Part shown: piece after piece, positions 43,279-52,645 of the stretch
Numbering within the stretch: position 1 is the first letter of the stretch
How the letters are laid out: every line of letters starts with the position of its first letter
Source: Erysipelotrichaceae bacterium
GTDB taxonomy: Bacteria; Bacillota_I; Bacilli_A; Erysipelotrichales; Erysipelotrichaceae
Direction: 5' to 3'
DNA: 64,000 bases
NCBI GenBank assembly: GCA_017550145.1
Contig: JAFZQG010000015.1
Coordinates: 73,934-137,933, forward strand
The notes under the pieces: model-generated
Database searches by the model: none
What the model was told of the DNA's origin: nothing
What the model saw: the letters and a program-made list of their open reading frames with translations, nothing else
Program-made: the position numbers and the translations under genes

Positions 43279-44642
43279 TGTATAGAAAAATACTCAGTAT
43301 TCTGTTGATAGTCTTCATGATCTTACCGCTCTGCGGTAAGACTAGTTTTGTTTATGCGGAAGATGACGATGAATACGAGGAAAGCTATGAAGAAAAATCC
43401 GATTACGACAAGTGTATCGAAGATCGTGACAAGGATGCCTGCCGTGTCGTCTATAAACAGATCAAAGGTGAAGAAAACAAAAACCTGAAAGAGATCGAAG
43501 AGAAGATCAAGGCGAGTGAAGGCGAAATGGAAAAGGTTGCCGCACTTGTTGCCGAATATTCAAGGAAGGCACAGTCCTATCAGGACGATATCGATAATCT
43601 TAAGGTTCAGATCGATGAACTGATCGTAAGGATCGATGATCTCGAAGTTCAGATCACCGATAACGAACAGAAAGTCGCAGATCTTAATCAGCGTGTTTTG
43701 AACAGAATGGTCGAAGCGCAGAAGACGATGCATTTTAACGGCTATCTGGAATTCATACTGCAGTCAAAATCATTTACCGATATGTTGCGCAGAGTCTATG
43801 GCGTAGAAGCCATCGTCTCCAAAGACAAGAACGACAGAGAAGAACTGTTAAGTATCATCGAACAGCTGAATAAGGACAAGAAAGAGCTCGACGAAGCGAA
43901 AGCCGAACTCGATATCAGTTATGCGGAAGTCATCGCCAAGCAGGCTGAACAGATCGCCATGCAGGAATTCTATGAGTCCCAGATGGCAGCTATTCAGGAA
44001 CAGATCGATGAGATGAACAACGAGAGGCAGGAGATCGAGGAATCATATGCCGAATTAAAGGATGTGGTCAACTCTTTAGGTATCAATACCGAGTTTGTGG
44101 CCTGTGTCCATAATTCATGGATCTCCGCAACCGTCTGGAACTATGACAACAACTTCCTCTCCGGAGCATGGCATTTAGGTGTTGACTACGCCGCCTCAAG
44201 AGGCACGGCTATTCACGCACCGGCCAGCGGTGTCATCATCAGAGCCAACGGTGGATGTTCGGATCCTGGTTATCTGGGTTCCTATGAAGGCGAACCGTTA
44301 TCCGGTGGCGGAAACCAGGTTTATATGATGTGTGAAGTTGACGGAAGAGTCTACGGCTTCATCTTCTTCCACCTGCACGATATCTACGTCTCCTATGGTG
44401 AACTGGTCTTCCAGGACGACGTTATCGGTACAGTCGGATCATCAGGTTCTTCAACCGGTCCGCACTGTCATATTGAAATGTATTATCTCGGTAAAGGCAA
44501 ATTATCCGAGTATCTGAATATGAGCTGGAATTCCACTTTCTTCTGCGGTCGAGGCTCGACAGCTTATTACTACCACCGCTGTGAAGACGGCAATTCAGCC
44601 CCATGTATCTTGAATCCGGAATACTATTTACCGTCTAACTAA
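43278..44642 (+). CDS. secreted coiled-coil M23/LytM peptidase (PcsB/EnvC-like architecture, catalytic motifs intact)
   Basis: Signal peptide, ~230-aa coiled coil, then an M23 domain with HLGVDY (HxxxD) and GPHCHIE (HxH). Confidence 0.85.
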   Translation: MYRKILSILLIVFMILPLCGKTSFVYAEDDDEYEESYEEKSDYDKCIEDRDKDACRVVYKQIKGEENKNLKEIEEKIKASEGEMEKVAALVAEYSRKAQSYQDDIDNLKVQIDELIVRIDDLEVQITDNEQKVADLNQRVLNRMVEAQKTMHFNGYLEFILQSKSFTDMLRRVYGVEAIVSKDKNDREELLSIIEQLNKDKKELDEAKAELDISYAEVIAKQAEQIAMQEFYESQMAAIQEQIDEMNNERQEIEESYAELKDVVNSLGINTEFVACVHNSWISATVWNYDNNFLSGAWHLGVDYAASRGTAIHAPASGVIIRANGGCSDPGYLGSYEGEPLSGGGNQVYMMCEVDGRVYGFIFFHLHDIYVSYGELVFQDDVIGTVGSSGSSTGPHCHIEMYYLGKGKLSEYLNMSWNSTFFCGRGSTAYYYHRCEDGNSAPCILNPEYYLPSN

Positions 44643-44644
44643 AT

Positions 44645-46126
44645 ATGGAAAAAGAAGAGAATACGATCTTATTTGATCTGGAAAAGAAACCGTTAAAATC
44701 GGAAAGAGAGGAAATAAGAAGGAAAAGAAAAGGAAGAATTCTGACCTTTTTACTCTGCCTTTTCTTCTTTTTATCCGGTATCGTCTGCGGTTATCTTCTT
44801 TTACGCAAGGTCCATCCGCAATACAGTACTATCGATCAGTCAACACTGAACGAGGTCAAGAGTATTCTTGAAAGTACCTATCTGTATAAGAATGACTATG
44901 AGGATTTCGATCAGGAACTTAATGACAAGGCTTTATACGGCATAACCTATTTCAGTGATGATCCGTATACGACCTATATGTCCAAAGAGGAGATCAATGC
45001 TTTTGCGGATTCAATCAATGGCAATTATGTCGGTATCGGTGTTGAATATACCGATGAAGAAGGCCAGGCCCTGATCGTCAGAGTCTTCCATGAATCTCCG
45101 GCTGAAAAAGCCGGTATCTTGCCAGGCGATATAATCAAGGCCGTTGACGGAAACCTCGTTGATCCGGAAGATTCGGAAAAACTGAAGGAACTCGTCCTGG
45201 GAGAAGAGGGGACTGAAGTGGTACTGACTGTCGAAAGAGGCAATGAAACCTTTGATCTGACAGTTACCAGAGGTGCCATCAATTCTACTGTCTTTGCGTA
45301 TACGGATGATGACATTCTGATTCTGGAATTAAACAGTTTCGGTGACAAGACAAGCGAAGAATGTGCCAAGTATCTGGATGAATATCCTGAATATAAGAAA
45401 CTGATCATCGACTTAAGAAACAACAGCGGCGGTTATCAGACGTCCGTCAGAAAGATCTGCGGTCTGTTTATCGGACCGAATCAGGTCTATCTGCGTCAGA
45501 TGGGAGCCAACGGCGTGGAGATGGTCGATTATACTTCTAATAGTTCGACTGTCTATGACAAGTATGAACAGGTCGTCTTACTGGTGAATGGGGAAACGGC
45601 ATCGGCTGCCGAAGTCTTCGCGATCGTCATGAGAGAGAAATATCCGAATGTCACGATCGTCGGTACGACAACCTACGGCAAGGGCGTCATTCAGTCCAAC
45701 AGAGTCTTGCTCAATGGCGGAGTCTTAAAATATACGAATTACTACTGGTATTCACCGAACGGTGTTTCGATCCACAACGTCGGTATCGAACCGGATGTGG
45801 AAGTCTATCAGCACGATATCTTCTACCAGTATTACTACGATATGGCCGAAGATGAGAAATATGAACTTGATTCGGTCAGTGAAGCGATCAGGATTGCACA
45901 GCTGTCTTTAGATTATCTGGGTTATGATCTGGAAAGAACCGACGGTTATTTCGATCTCTCGTTTGCCCAGGCTCTGATCAAATTCAAGAGTGAAAACGGC
46001 TTAAGTGCGATGGCAGTCTTAGATAAAGATACCTATAAATGTATCGTCAACAAGTGCCGTAGAGAATTGAATAATAACAGTGAAAAAGATCTGCAGCTGC
46101 AGAAAGCAAAGGAGCTACTGAAATGA
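44645..46126 (+). CDS. S41 C-terminal processing peptidase with PDZ and peptidoglycan-binding-like domains
   Basis: N-terminal TM, PDZ (GILPGDIIKAVDG), catalytic GETASAAEVFA and TYGKGV, C-terminal LGYDLERTDGYFDLSFAQALIKFKSENGL. Confidence 0.88.
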   Translation: MEKEENTILFDLEKKPLKSEREEIRRKRKGRILTFLLCLFFFLSGIVCGYLLLRKVHPQYSTIDQSTLNEVKSILESTYLYKNDYEDFDQELNDKALYGITYFSDDPYTTYMSKEEINAFADSINGNYVGIGVEYTDEEGQALIVRVFHESPAEKAGILPGDIIKAVDGNLVDPEDSEKLKELVLGEEGTEVVLTVERGNETFDLTVTRGAINSTVFAYTDDDILILELNSFGDKTSEECAKYLDEYPEYKKLIIDLRNNSGGYQTSVRKICGLFIGPNQVYLRQMGANGVEMVDYTSNSSTVYDKYEQVVLLVNGETASAAEVFAIVMREKYPNVTIVGTTTYGKGVIQSNRVLLNGGVLKYTNYYWYSPNGVSIHNVGIEPDVEVYQHDIFYQYYYDMAEDEKYELDSVSEAIRIAQLSLDYLGYDLERTDGYFDLSFAQALIKFKSENGLSAMAVLDKDTYKCIVNKCRRELNNNSEKDLQLQKAKELLK

Positions 46127-46731
46127 AAATCAGCATTAACTGTCACAGCAGTATCAGGATTGAAGCAGATAAAGTCCTCTATTTCGATCCATTCAAGATC
46201 GAAGAAGAAAGTCATGATGCGGACATCATCTTTGTGACGCATGATCACTTCGATCATTTCTCCGTTGAAGACATCAAGAAGATCGAAAAGGAAGATACCG
46301 TATATGTGATTCCGGACTGTATGTATAATCTTCTGGGCGGTGAGAATGTCGTAACATTACTGCCGAATGAAAAAGCCAATGTGGAAGGTTATGAAGTCGA
46401 AACCATTCCTTCCTACAATGTCGGCAAGGATTTCCATCCGAAAGACAAGGGTTATGTCGCATATATCGTAACGATCGAAGGCAAGAGAGTATATGTAGCC
46501 GGCGATTGCGATATGAATGAAGATAACGAAAAAGTTAAATGTGATATCGCTTTGATACCGGTCGGCGGTACTTATACGATGGATTATAAGCAAGCGGCAA
46601 AACTGGCTGAAAAGCTGAATCCCGAACTGGTCATTCCGACGCATTACGGCGATGTCGTAGGCCAGGGAAATGATGGTGAAAAGTTTGCGGAACTATTAAA
46701 AGGCAAAGTCAACGTCGAGTTGAAAATATAG
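46123..46731 (+). CDS. MBL-fold metallo-hydrolase
   Basis: 202 aa with a VTHDHFDHF (HxHxDH) motif. ATGA overlap with the upstream gene. Confidence 0.8.
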   Translation: MKISINCHSSIRIEADKVLYFDPFKIEEESHDADIIFVTHDHFDHFSVEDIKKIEKEDTVYVIPDCMYNLLGGENVVTLLPNEKANVEGYEVETIPSYNVGKDFHPKDKGYVAYIVTIEGKRVYVAGDCDMNEDNEKVKCDIALIPVGGTYTMDYKQAAKLAEKLNPELVIPTHYGDVVGQGNDGEKFAELLKGKVNVELKI

Positions 46732-46739
46732 TTCTAAAA

Positions 46740-46936
46740 TATTAAGATTAAATAGTAATCTTCAGGAATAATAGTTATCCGGATCAAATAGAGAACTGAC
46801 GGTCGGTGCAAGTCAGCTGAAAAAGATAATGAACTCGCCTGATATGGATGATTAAGCGTAAGCCTGCGTTAAAGGTCAAGAGTTAGAAATTAAGGTGGTA
46901 CCGCGCGATAAGCGCCCTTGTGTTATCACCTTTTTA
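46740..46936 (+). promoter_or_regulatory. T-box leader (tRNA-Leu-responsive transcription attenuator) of leuS, specifier CUC
   Basis: Stem I elements AGAGA (46789-46793) and GGTGCAA. Specifier context GAA-CTC-G with CTC at 46834-46836. T-box sequence AATTAAGGTGGTACCGCG at 46889-46906. Terminator 46892-46936 ends in TTTTT. Confidence 0.88.
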
Positions 46937-46953
46937 TTTGCGGGAGGTTAGTG

Positions 46954-49353
46954 ATGAGCGTATTTGACTACAAGACAATTGAAAAGAAATGGCAGAAATT
47001 CTGGGAGGAAAACGAGACTTTTAAAACGGATATCAGTGATTTTTCCAAACCGAAGTTCTATGCCCTGGATATGTTTCCATATCCTTCCGGTGTAGGCTTA
47101 CATGCAGGCCATCCGGAGGGCTATACCGCGACCGATGTGGTCAGCCGTTATAAGAGAATGAAAGGTTTCAACGTCCTTCACCCGATGGGCTTTGACTCTT
47201 TCGGTTTACCGGCTGAACAGTATGCGATCCAGACGGGTCATCATCCGGCCGGCTTTACAGCCAAGAATATCGATCACTTTACCGATCAGTTAAAAGGTTT
47301 AGGTTTTTCCTATGACTGGTCTAGAGTCGTATCGACCAGTGATCCTGATTACTATAAATGGACCCAATGGATCTTCAAACAGCTCTTTATCGACGGTTAT
47401 GCCAGATGTGTAGAAATGCCGGTAAACTGGTGTGAAGAACTGGGCTGCGTTCTGGCAAACGACGAAGTCATCGACGGCAAGTCTGAAAGAGGCGGTTATC
47501 CGGTCGTCAGAAGAATGATGAAACAGTGGATTATCGATATTCCTGCTTATGCGGAAAGACTTCTGGATAATCTGGAAACGATCGACTGGCCGGAATCCAC
47601 CAAAGAAATACAGCGTAACTGGATCGGCAAGTCCATCGGTGCGGAAGTCAAATTTGCGATCGACGGTCATGACGAATCATTTGTCGTCTTCACGACCCGT
47701 TGTGATACCTTGTTTGGCGCAACCTATTGCGTACTTTCGCCTGAACATCCATTAGTTGACAAGATCACGACGGCTGATAAGAAAGCGGAAGTCGAAGCCT
47801 ATAAGAAGGAATGTGCTTCCAAATCCGAAATGGAAAGAACCGAACTGAACAAGGATAAGACCGGTGTCTTTACCGGTGCTTATGCGATCAATCCGGTCAA
47901 TGATAAGAAGATCCCGATCTGGATCTCCGACTATGTCTTAATGACATATGGAACAGGCGCCATTATGGCAGTTCCGGCTCACGATGAAAGAGACTATGAC
48001 TTTGCGAAGAAGTTCGGTATCGATATCATTCAGGTCCTTGAAGGCGGTGATATCTCCAAGGAAGCCTGGACGGAAGACGGTATCCATATCAATTCCGGTT
48101 TCATGGACGGCCTGAATAAGGAAGATGCGATCAATGCGATGCTGGAATGGCTCGAAGCCAAGGGCTTAGGCAAGAAGAAGATCAACTACAAGCTCAGAGA
48201 ATGGATCTTTGCGCGTCAGCGTTACTGGGGTGAACCGATTCCGGTCATTCATTATGAAGACGGTACGGTCGGTATCCTGGATGATGAGGATCTGCCTCTG
48301 ATCCTTCCGGAGCTTTCCGATTACGGTCCTAGCAAGACCGGTGCGCCTTTGGATAAGGCGACCGACTGGGTCAATGTCGAATACCATGGCAAGAAGGGCA
48401 AGCGTGAAACTTCCACGATGCCTGGTTCTGCCGGATCATCATGGTACTTCTTGAGATACATCGATCCGCATAACGACAAGGAATTTGCGGACTATAAGCT
48501 GCTTGAACACTGGATGCCGGTAGATCTTTATATCGGCGGTCCGGAACATGCGGTAGGTCACTTACTTTATTCCAGAATGTGGAACAATTATCTCTATGAC
48601 AAAGGTCTGGTTCCATGCGCCGAACCTTTCCAGAAACTGGTTCACCAGGGCTACATCTTAGGTTCCAACGGCATCAAGATGGGTAAGCGTTATCCGGAAT
48701 ATGTCGTCAATCCAAGCGATATCGTTGAAAGATACGGTGCGGATACACTCAGATTATATGAAATGTTTATGGGACCGTTAGAGGCTGATAAGCCATGGTC
48801 GACTCAGGGTATTGAAGGTGCTCACAGATGGCTTGAAAGAGTTTACCGTCTGATCGTTGAATCTCCTGAGAAACTCAGTGATACCAATGACGGCAAGCTT
48901 GATTACTCCTATAACTTCACCGTCAAGAAGATCAGTGAAGATATCGAGAACCTGAGACTCAATACCGCGATCTCACAGATGATGATCTTCATCAATGACT
49001 GTTACAAGGAAGAAAAAGTCTATAAAGAATATGCGATCAACTTTGTGCAGATGCTGTCGGTATTTGCACCGCACTTAGGCTGCGAGATGTATGAGATACT
49101 GACCGGCAAGAGAGATCTGGCATACCGCAGCTGGCCGACTTATGACGAAAGCAAACTGGTCGTAGCCGAAAAGGAAATCGCCGTTCAGGTCAACGGCAAG
49201 GTCAGAGCTAAATTCATGGCAAGTGCTGATGCGAGTGATGATGAACTCTATGAGACAGCTCTCAAACAGGAGAATGTCATCAAATACACTGAAGGCCAGG
49301 AGATCAAGAAACACTTCGTCATTAAGGGAAGAGTTGTAAATATCGTTGTCTAA
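46954..49353 (+). CDS. leuS: leucine--tRNA ligase
   Basis: Start at the ATG at 46954 (SD GGGAGG). The track extension from 46918 would run through the T-box terminator. [16 protein letters not shown] (HIGH region) and a KMGKR variant of KMSKS. Confidence 0.96.
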   Translation: MSVFDYKTIEKKWQKFWEENETFKTDISDFSKPKFYALDMFPYPSGVGLHAGHPEGYTATDVVSRYKRMKGFNVLHPMGFDSFGLPAEQYAIQTGHHPAGFTAKNIDHFTDQLKGLGFSYDWSRVVSTSDPDYYKWTQWIFKQLFIDGYARCVEMPVNWCEELGCVLANDEVIDGKSERGGYPVVRRMMKQWIIDIPAYAERLLDNLETIDWPESTKEIQRNWIGKSIGAEVKFAIDGHDESFVVFTTRCDTLFGATYCVLSPEHPLVDKITTADKKAEVEAYKKECASKSEMERTELNKDKTGVFTGAYAINPVNDKKIPIWISDYVLMTYGTGAIMAVPAHDERDYDFAKKFGIDIIQVLEGGDISKEAWTEDGIHINSGFMDGLNKEDAINAMLEWLEAKGLGKKKINYKLREWIFARQRYWGEPIPVIHYEDGTVGILDDEDLPLILPELSDYGPSKTGAPLDKATDWVNVEYHGKKGKRETSTMPGSAGSSWYFLRYIDPHNDKEFADYKLLEHWMPVDLYIGGPEHAVGHLLYSRMWNNYLYDKGLVPCAEPFQKLVHQGYILGSNGIKMGKRYPEYVVNPSDIVERYGADTLRLYEMFMGPLEADKPWSTQGIEGAHRWLERVYRLIVESPEKLSDTNDGKLDYSYNFTVKKISEDIENLRLNTAISQMMIFINDCYKEEKVYKEYAINFVQMLSVFAPHLGCEMYEILTGKRDLAYRSWPTYDESKLVVAEKEIAVQVNGKVRAKFMASADASDDELYETALKQENVIKYTEGQEIKKHFVIKGRVVNIVV

Positions 49354-49378
49354 CCCTGTAGAAATACAGGGTTTTTTA
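49352..49378 (+). terminator. intrinsic terminator after leuS
   Basis: AACCCTGTA-gaaa-TACAGGGTT hairpin plus a T6 run. Confidence 0.88.
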
Positions 49379-49391
49379 AACCCATAATGTA

Positions 49392-49397
49392 TATAAT
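49392..49397 (+). promoter_or_regulatory. TATAAT box 6 nt upstream of the YhhN-family gene ATG (possible leaderless start)
   Basis: TATAAT at 49392-49397 and ATG at 49404, with no SD. Confidence 0.4.
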
Positions 49398-49403
49398 GTA
49401 AGT

Positions 49404-50060
49404 ATGGAATACATTTTAATAATACTGTGTCTGATTTTCATGAGTCTTTATCTTTATTATTGCGAAGTTAAAGAGAGCAAACATGCCGGACTGTATAAAA
49501 CATTGGCTTCACTGTGTTTTGTGATCCTGGCGTTTATTAATTATTCAGGTAACAGAAATCTGATCAATATGCTGTTTTTGATCGGCATGTGTTTTGATGC
49601 TTTAGGTGATATCCTGCTGGGCATTCAATCCGATACCTTAGCGGATAAACTCTTCTTAGCCGGAACAGGCGGCTTCATGGTCGGACATATATTCTATCTG
49701 CTGGCATTCTTTTCCAGTTACCGTGTATCTCCTTTAGTGTTTATTGTTATAGGAGTGACACTGGGACTGATCGCCAACAGCATCATTCAGAAGAACTGCA
49801 AACTGACCAAGACGCTTAAGATCTGCAGTGTCATATATACACAGCTCATCTTCAATATTGCGATTCTTTCTTTAGGTGTTTTCCTGAATGATATGAATCT
49901 AAGAAATGCGCTGATTCTTATTTCCACGACTTTCTTCTGTACTTCGGATTGTATCCTGATCGCCTGCGATTTCTATAAGAAAGAGAAGTGGATGCATCCG
50001 GTATATTTGACCTTATATTATATAGCCCAGATAATCATGGCTTTTGCGTTAAAACTGTAG
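49404..50060 (+). CDS. YhhN-family membrane protein (lysoplasmalogenase family)
   Basis: 218 aa, ~7 TM helices. Motifs ALGDILLG and FFCTSDCILI are typical of YhhN proteins. Confidence 0.72.
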   Translation: MEYILIILCLIFMSLYLYYCEVKESKHAGLYKTLASLCFVILAFINYSGNRNLINMLFLIGMCFDALGDILLGIQSDTLADKLFLAGTGGFMVGHIFYLLAFFSSYRVSPLVFIVIGVTLGLIANSIIQKNCKLTKTLKICSVIYTQLIFNIAILSLGVFLNDMNLRNALILISTTFFCTSDCILIACDFYKKEKWMHPVYLTLYYIAQIIMAFALKL

Positions 50061-50087
50061 GAATCGAAAGATTCTTACTTTTTTTTA
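50059..50087 (+). terminator. weak intrinsic terminator
   Basis: GGAATC-gaaa-GATTCT short stem, then ACTTTTTTTT. Confidence 0.45.
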
Positions 50088-50097
50088 TAAATACCTC

Positions 50098-50128
50098 TTT
50101 ACATATAATACTATGTGATGTATAGTAT
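50098..50128 (+). promoter_or_regulatory. promoter TTTACA-17-TATAGT overlapped by nested inverted repeats (candidate PadR operator)
   Basis: TTTACA at 50098-50103 and TATAGT at 50121-50126. Inverted repeats ACATA (50101-50105)/TATGT (50112-50116) and ATACTAT (50108-50114)/ATAGTAT (50122-50128). Confidence 0.5.
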
Positions 50129-50149
50129 AGTGTGTAAGGAGGTATTACC

Positions 50150-51364
50150 ATGAACAAGAAACTTACAAACAAAAACTTCCTCTTATTATGTCAGGGTTCG
50201 ATATTTTCCACTTTCGGAGCCGTTCTCTATTCGGCAGCTGTCGGCTACTGGGTATATGAGAAAACAGGCTCAACTGCTCTGATGGGTGTTCTGTCAAGCA
50301 TTACCTATATCATTCAGATCTTTGCGGGTCCGATCGCCGGATCGATTTCCGACCATCTGCGCAGACGTAATGTCTTGGTTGCGACGGATCTGATCAGAGG
50401 TATTGCCTTTACCGTTCTGGGATATCTCGCTTTCAAAGAAAAGATGAGTGTTCCGATGGTTGTTATCGTGGCAGTATTATCGGGTTTATGTTCATCATTA
50501 TTTACACCGGCTTCAACTTCATTAACTCCGGATATGCTCGATGAAAGTGTAATTATAAAAGGCCAGTCGATCGTCAATGGTTCAACCGCTATCATCAATC
50601 TGGTCGGCACGGCTATCAGTGGTGCCCTGATCGTAAGTCTTGGTGTTCCGCTTCTGATCATCATAAACGGTGTCTGTTATATCGTTTCGGGAATCAGTGA
50701 ATGCTTCATCTATGATTATCCTTCCCACAACGAAAAGACCGATGTGAATTTCAAAGTCATCATTGAAGATCTTAAGGACAGTATGACTTTTGTGAGAAAT
50801 AATACAGGGATCCTGAAACTTGGTCTGATCTGCATGTTTTCCAATTTCCTGATCTCCGGTTTCTATCATCTGCTGTTGCCTTATGTACTGGAAAACGGTA
50901 TGAGTACTCAGGATTACGGATATCTCGGAGCCTTTGTTTCCGCAGGATCACTGATCGGTACATTGCTATTATCGACAGTCAATATTTACGACAAGAAGCC
51001 GATGCGGATCATTGCTTATCTTATTCCTCTGATGGTTTTTACAGGAGCACTCGGGATCTATCTGGCTTCATTTAAAACCACTGCCGCTTTATTACTGATC
51101 TCGTTTTTCTTCAACGGAATCGTCAACGGTATTCTCAATGCGGTTATGATAATAATTCTTCCGGAAAACAGAAGGGGCGTATTATCCAGTATAATAATGA
51201 CAGCAGTATTAATCGGTAATGCCTTATCAGCTCTGATCTATGGTGTATTGGGAGATCTGATCCGCCTCAATATCCTTGGCAGTGCCGGATATCTGCTGGC
51301 ATTACTTATCATGCCACTGTTCCTGGCAAAGGATGTGCAGGGAATAGATATAAAGAAGGAATAA
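50150..51364 (+). CDS. MFS transporter
   Basis: 404 aa, ~12 TM helices. SDHLRRRNV-type loop between TM2 and TM3. SD AAGGAGG. Confidence 0.85.
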   Translation: MNKKLTNKNFLLLCQGSIFSTFGAVLYSAAVGYWVYEKTGSTALMGVLSSITYIIQIFAGPIAGSISDHLRRRNVLVATDLIRGIAFTVLGYLAFKEKMSVPMVVIVAVLSGLCSSLFTPASTSLTPDMLDESVIIKGQSIVNGSTAIINLVGTAISGALIVSLGVPLLIIINGVCYIVSGISECFIYDYPSHNEKTDVNFKVIIEDLKDSMTFVRNNTGILKLGLICMFSNFLISGFYHLLLPYVLENGMSTQDYGYLGAFVSAGSLIGTLLLSTVNIYDKKPMRIIAYLIPLMVFTGALGIYLASFKTTAALLLISFFFNGIVNGILNAVMIIILPENRRGVLSSIIMTAVLIGNALSALIYGVLGDLIRLNILGSAGYLLALLIMPLFLAKDVQGIDIKKE

Positions 51365-51376
51365 AGGAGGGGAAAA

Positions 51377-51691
51377 ATGGATATTCAACTTAAACGAGGA
51401 ACTCTGGATATCTGTGTCCTGGCTTCATTACTGAATGAGGATTCCTACGGATACAAGATCATTCAGTCATTAAACGGTGTCGTTGATATTTCCGAATCGA
51501 CACTCTATCCGATCTTGAGAAGACTGGAAAGCAGTGATTGTCTCACTTCCTATTCCGTCGAACATAACGGCCGACTAAGAAAGTTCTACAGTATCACCGA
51601 TACGGGAAGAGAAAGAGTAAAGGAATATCTTCAGGATTTTAAAGAACTGTTACAGATCTATAACTATATTGCCAAGGAGGTAAAGAAATGA
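51377..51691 (+). CDS. PadR-family transcriptional regulator
   Basis: 104 aa. LDICVLASLLNEDSYGYKI...ESTLYPILRRLE signature. Confidence 0.88.
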   Translation: MDIQLKRGTLDICVLASLLNEDSYGYKIIQSLNGVVDISESTLYPILRRLESSDCLTSYSVEHNGRLRKFYSITDTGRERVKEYLQDFKELLQIYNYIAKEVKK

Positions 51692-52620
51692 TGTTGAATG
51701 AATATCTCGGGATGATCAAAGATCAGCTCGACAGAAGAAATATAAACGAAGATGAAAAAGAAGACATTCTGCAGTATATCGAAGAAATGATTACCGACAG
51801 AGCGGAAAACGGTGAAGATGAAGCTGAAGTAATTGCCTCTTTGGGCACAGCCGATAAACTGATCGATGATCTGTTTCCTGATACCAAAGCTGAATATGTT
51901 GAAGAAAAAGATATTATTCGCAGAAAGAATATCAGCTTTACGGATGTGAAAAAGATCGATATCGATTCTACCAACTATGATTTCAGTTTTGCGGTTTCCG
52001 ATGATGATCGGGTTTATGTCGAATATGACAGCGATGAATATCTTTCACTTGATATCCGTTTTGAACACGGAGTACTGAAGATCGATCAGCACAATTCCAT
52101 TCAGGGCATAGGTTTTCTGTTCACATCGCTTTCAAAGATGTTTTCCAAGAAAGGCAGTGATTCTGCAAGAAAATATGAAGCCATCATCAATCTGCCTAAA
52201 TACCGCGATCTCAAGTTCGATATCGATAATGTTTCCGGTGATATGAAATTTACGGATATCGCTGCAGCCGATATCAAGATAAACAGTGTATCCGGCGATC
52301 TGTATTTCCAGTCCTGCGATTTCGCCAAACTGAAGATCGAATGTGTTTCCGGAGATATCGAGATGAATGATGTCACAGCTAAAGATAAATGCAAGCTTCA
52401 GACAGTCTCCGGCGATATCAGAGCCGAAGAACTTGAAAGCAAGGAGATCCGTACGGAAACAGTCTCCGGTGATGTCGAAGTACTGATCAGAGGCGAAAGA
52501 TCAGACACCGATGTCAGAGTTGAAAAACCACTGAATGAAACAACATCAAGAGTAGATGGCAGCCGTTATCTGAAGATCGAAACGGTCAGCGGTGATATCA
52601 GCTGGGATTTCACAAACTAG
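51688..52620 (+). CDS. DUF1700 (HAAS-like) N-terminal helical domain fused to a DUF4097 (Toastrack-like) beta-repeat domain, no TM segment
   Basis: 310 aa. N-terminal YLGMIKDQL...EDILQYIEEMI follows the DUF1700 pattern. The C-terminal half has repeated VSGDI/VSGDL/VSGDV strands (at least 6). ATGA overlap with padR. Confidence 0.7.
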   Translation: MMLNEYLGMIKDQLDRRNINEDEKEDILQYIEEMITDRAENGEDEAEVIASLGTADKLIDDLFPDTKAEYVEEKDIIRRKNISFTDVKKIDIDSTNYDFSFAVSDDDRVYVEYDSDEYLSLDIRFEHGVLKIDQHNSIQGIGFLFTSLSKMFSKKGSDSARKYEAIINLPKYRDLKFDIDNVSGDMKFTDIAAADIKINSVSGDLYFQSCDFAKLKIECVSGDIEMNDVTAKDKCKLQTVSGDIRAEELESKEIRTETVSGDVEVLIRGERSDTDVRVEKPLNETTSRVDGSRYLKIETVSGDISWDFTN

Positions 52621-52623
52621 AAT

Positions 52624-52645
52624 AAAAGGCACATCAGTGCCTTTT
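52624..52645. terminator. bidirectional terminator between convergent genes
   Basis: AAAAGGCAC-atca-GTGCCTTTT hairpin. Confidence 0.85.

Noticed and set aside
46918-46953. The upstream extension of leuS ([12 protein letters not shown]).
   Set aside because: It would begin inside the T-box terminator helix. The ATG at 46954 has a GGGAGG SD and gives the conserved LeuS N-terminus.
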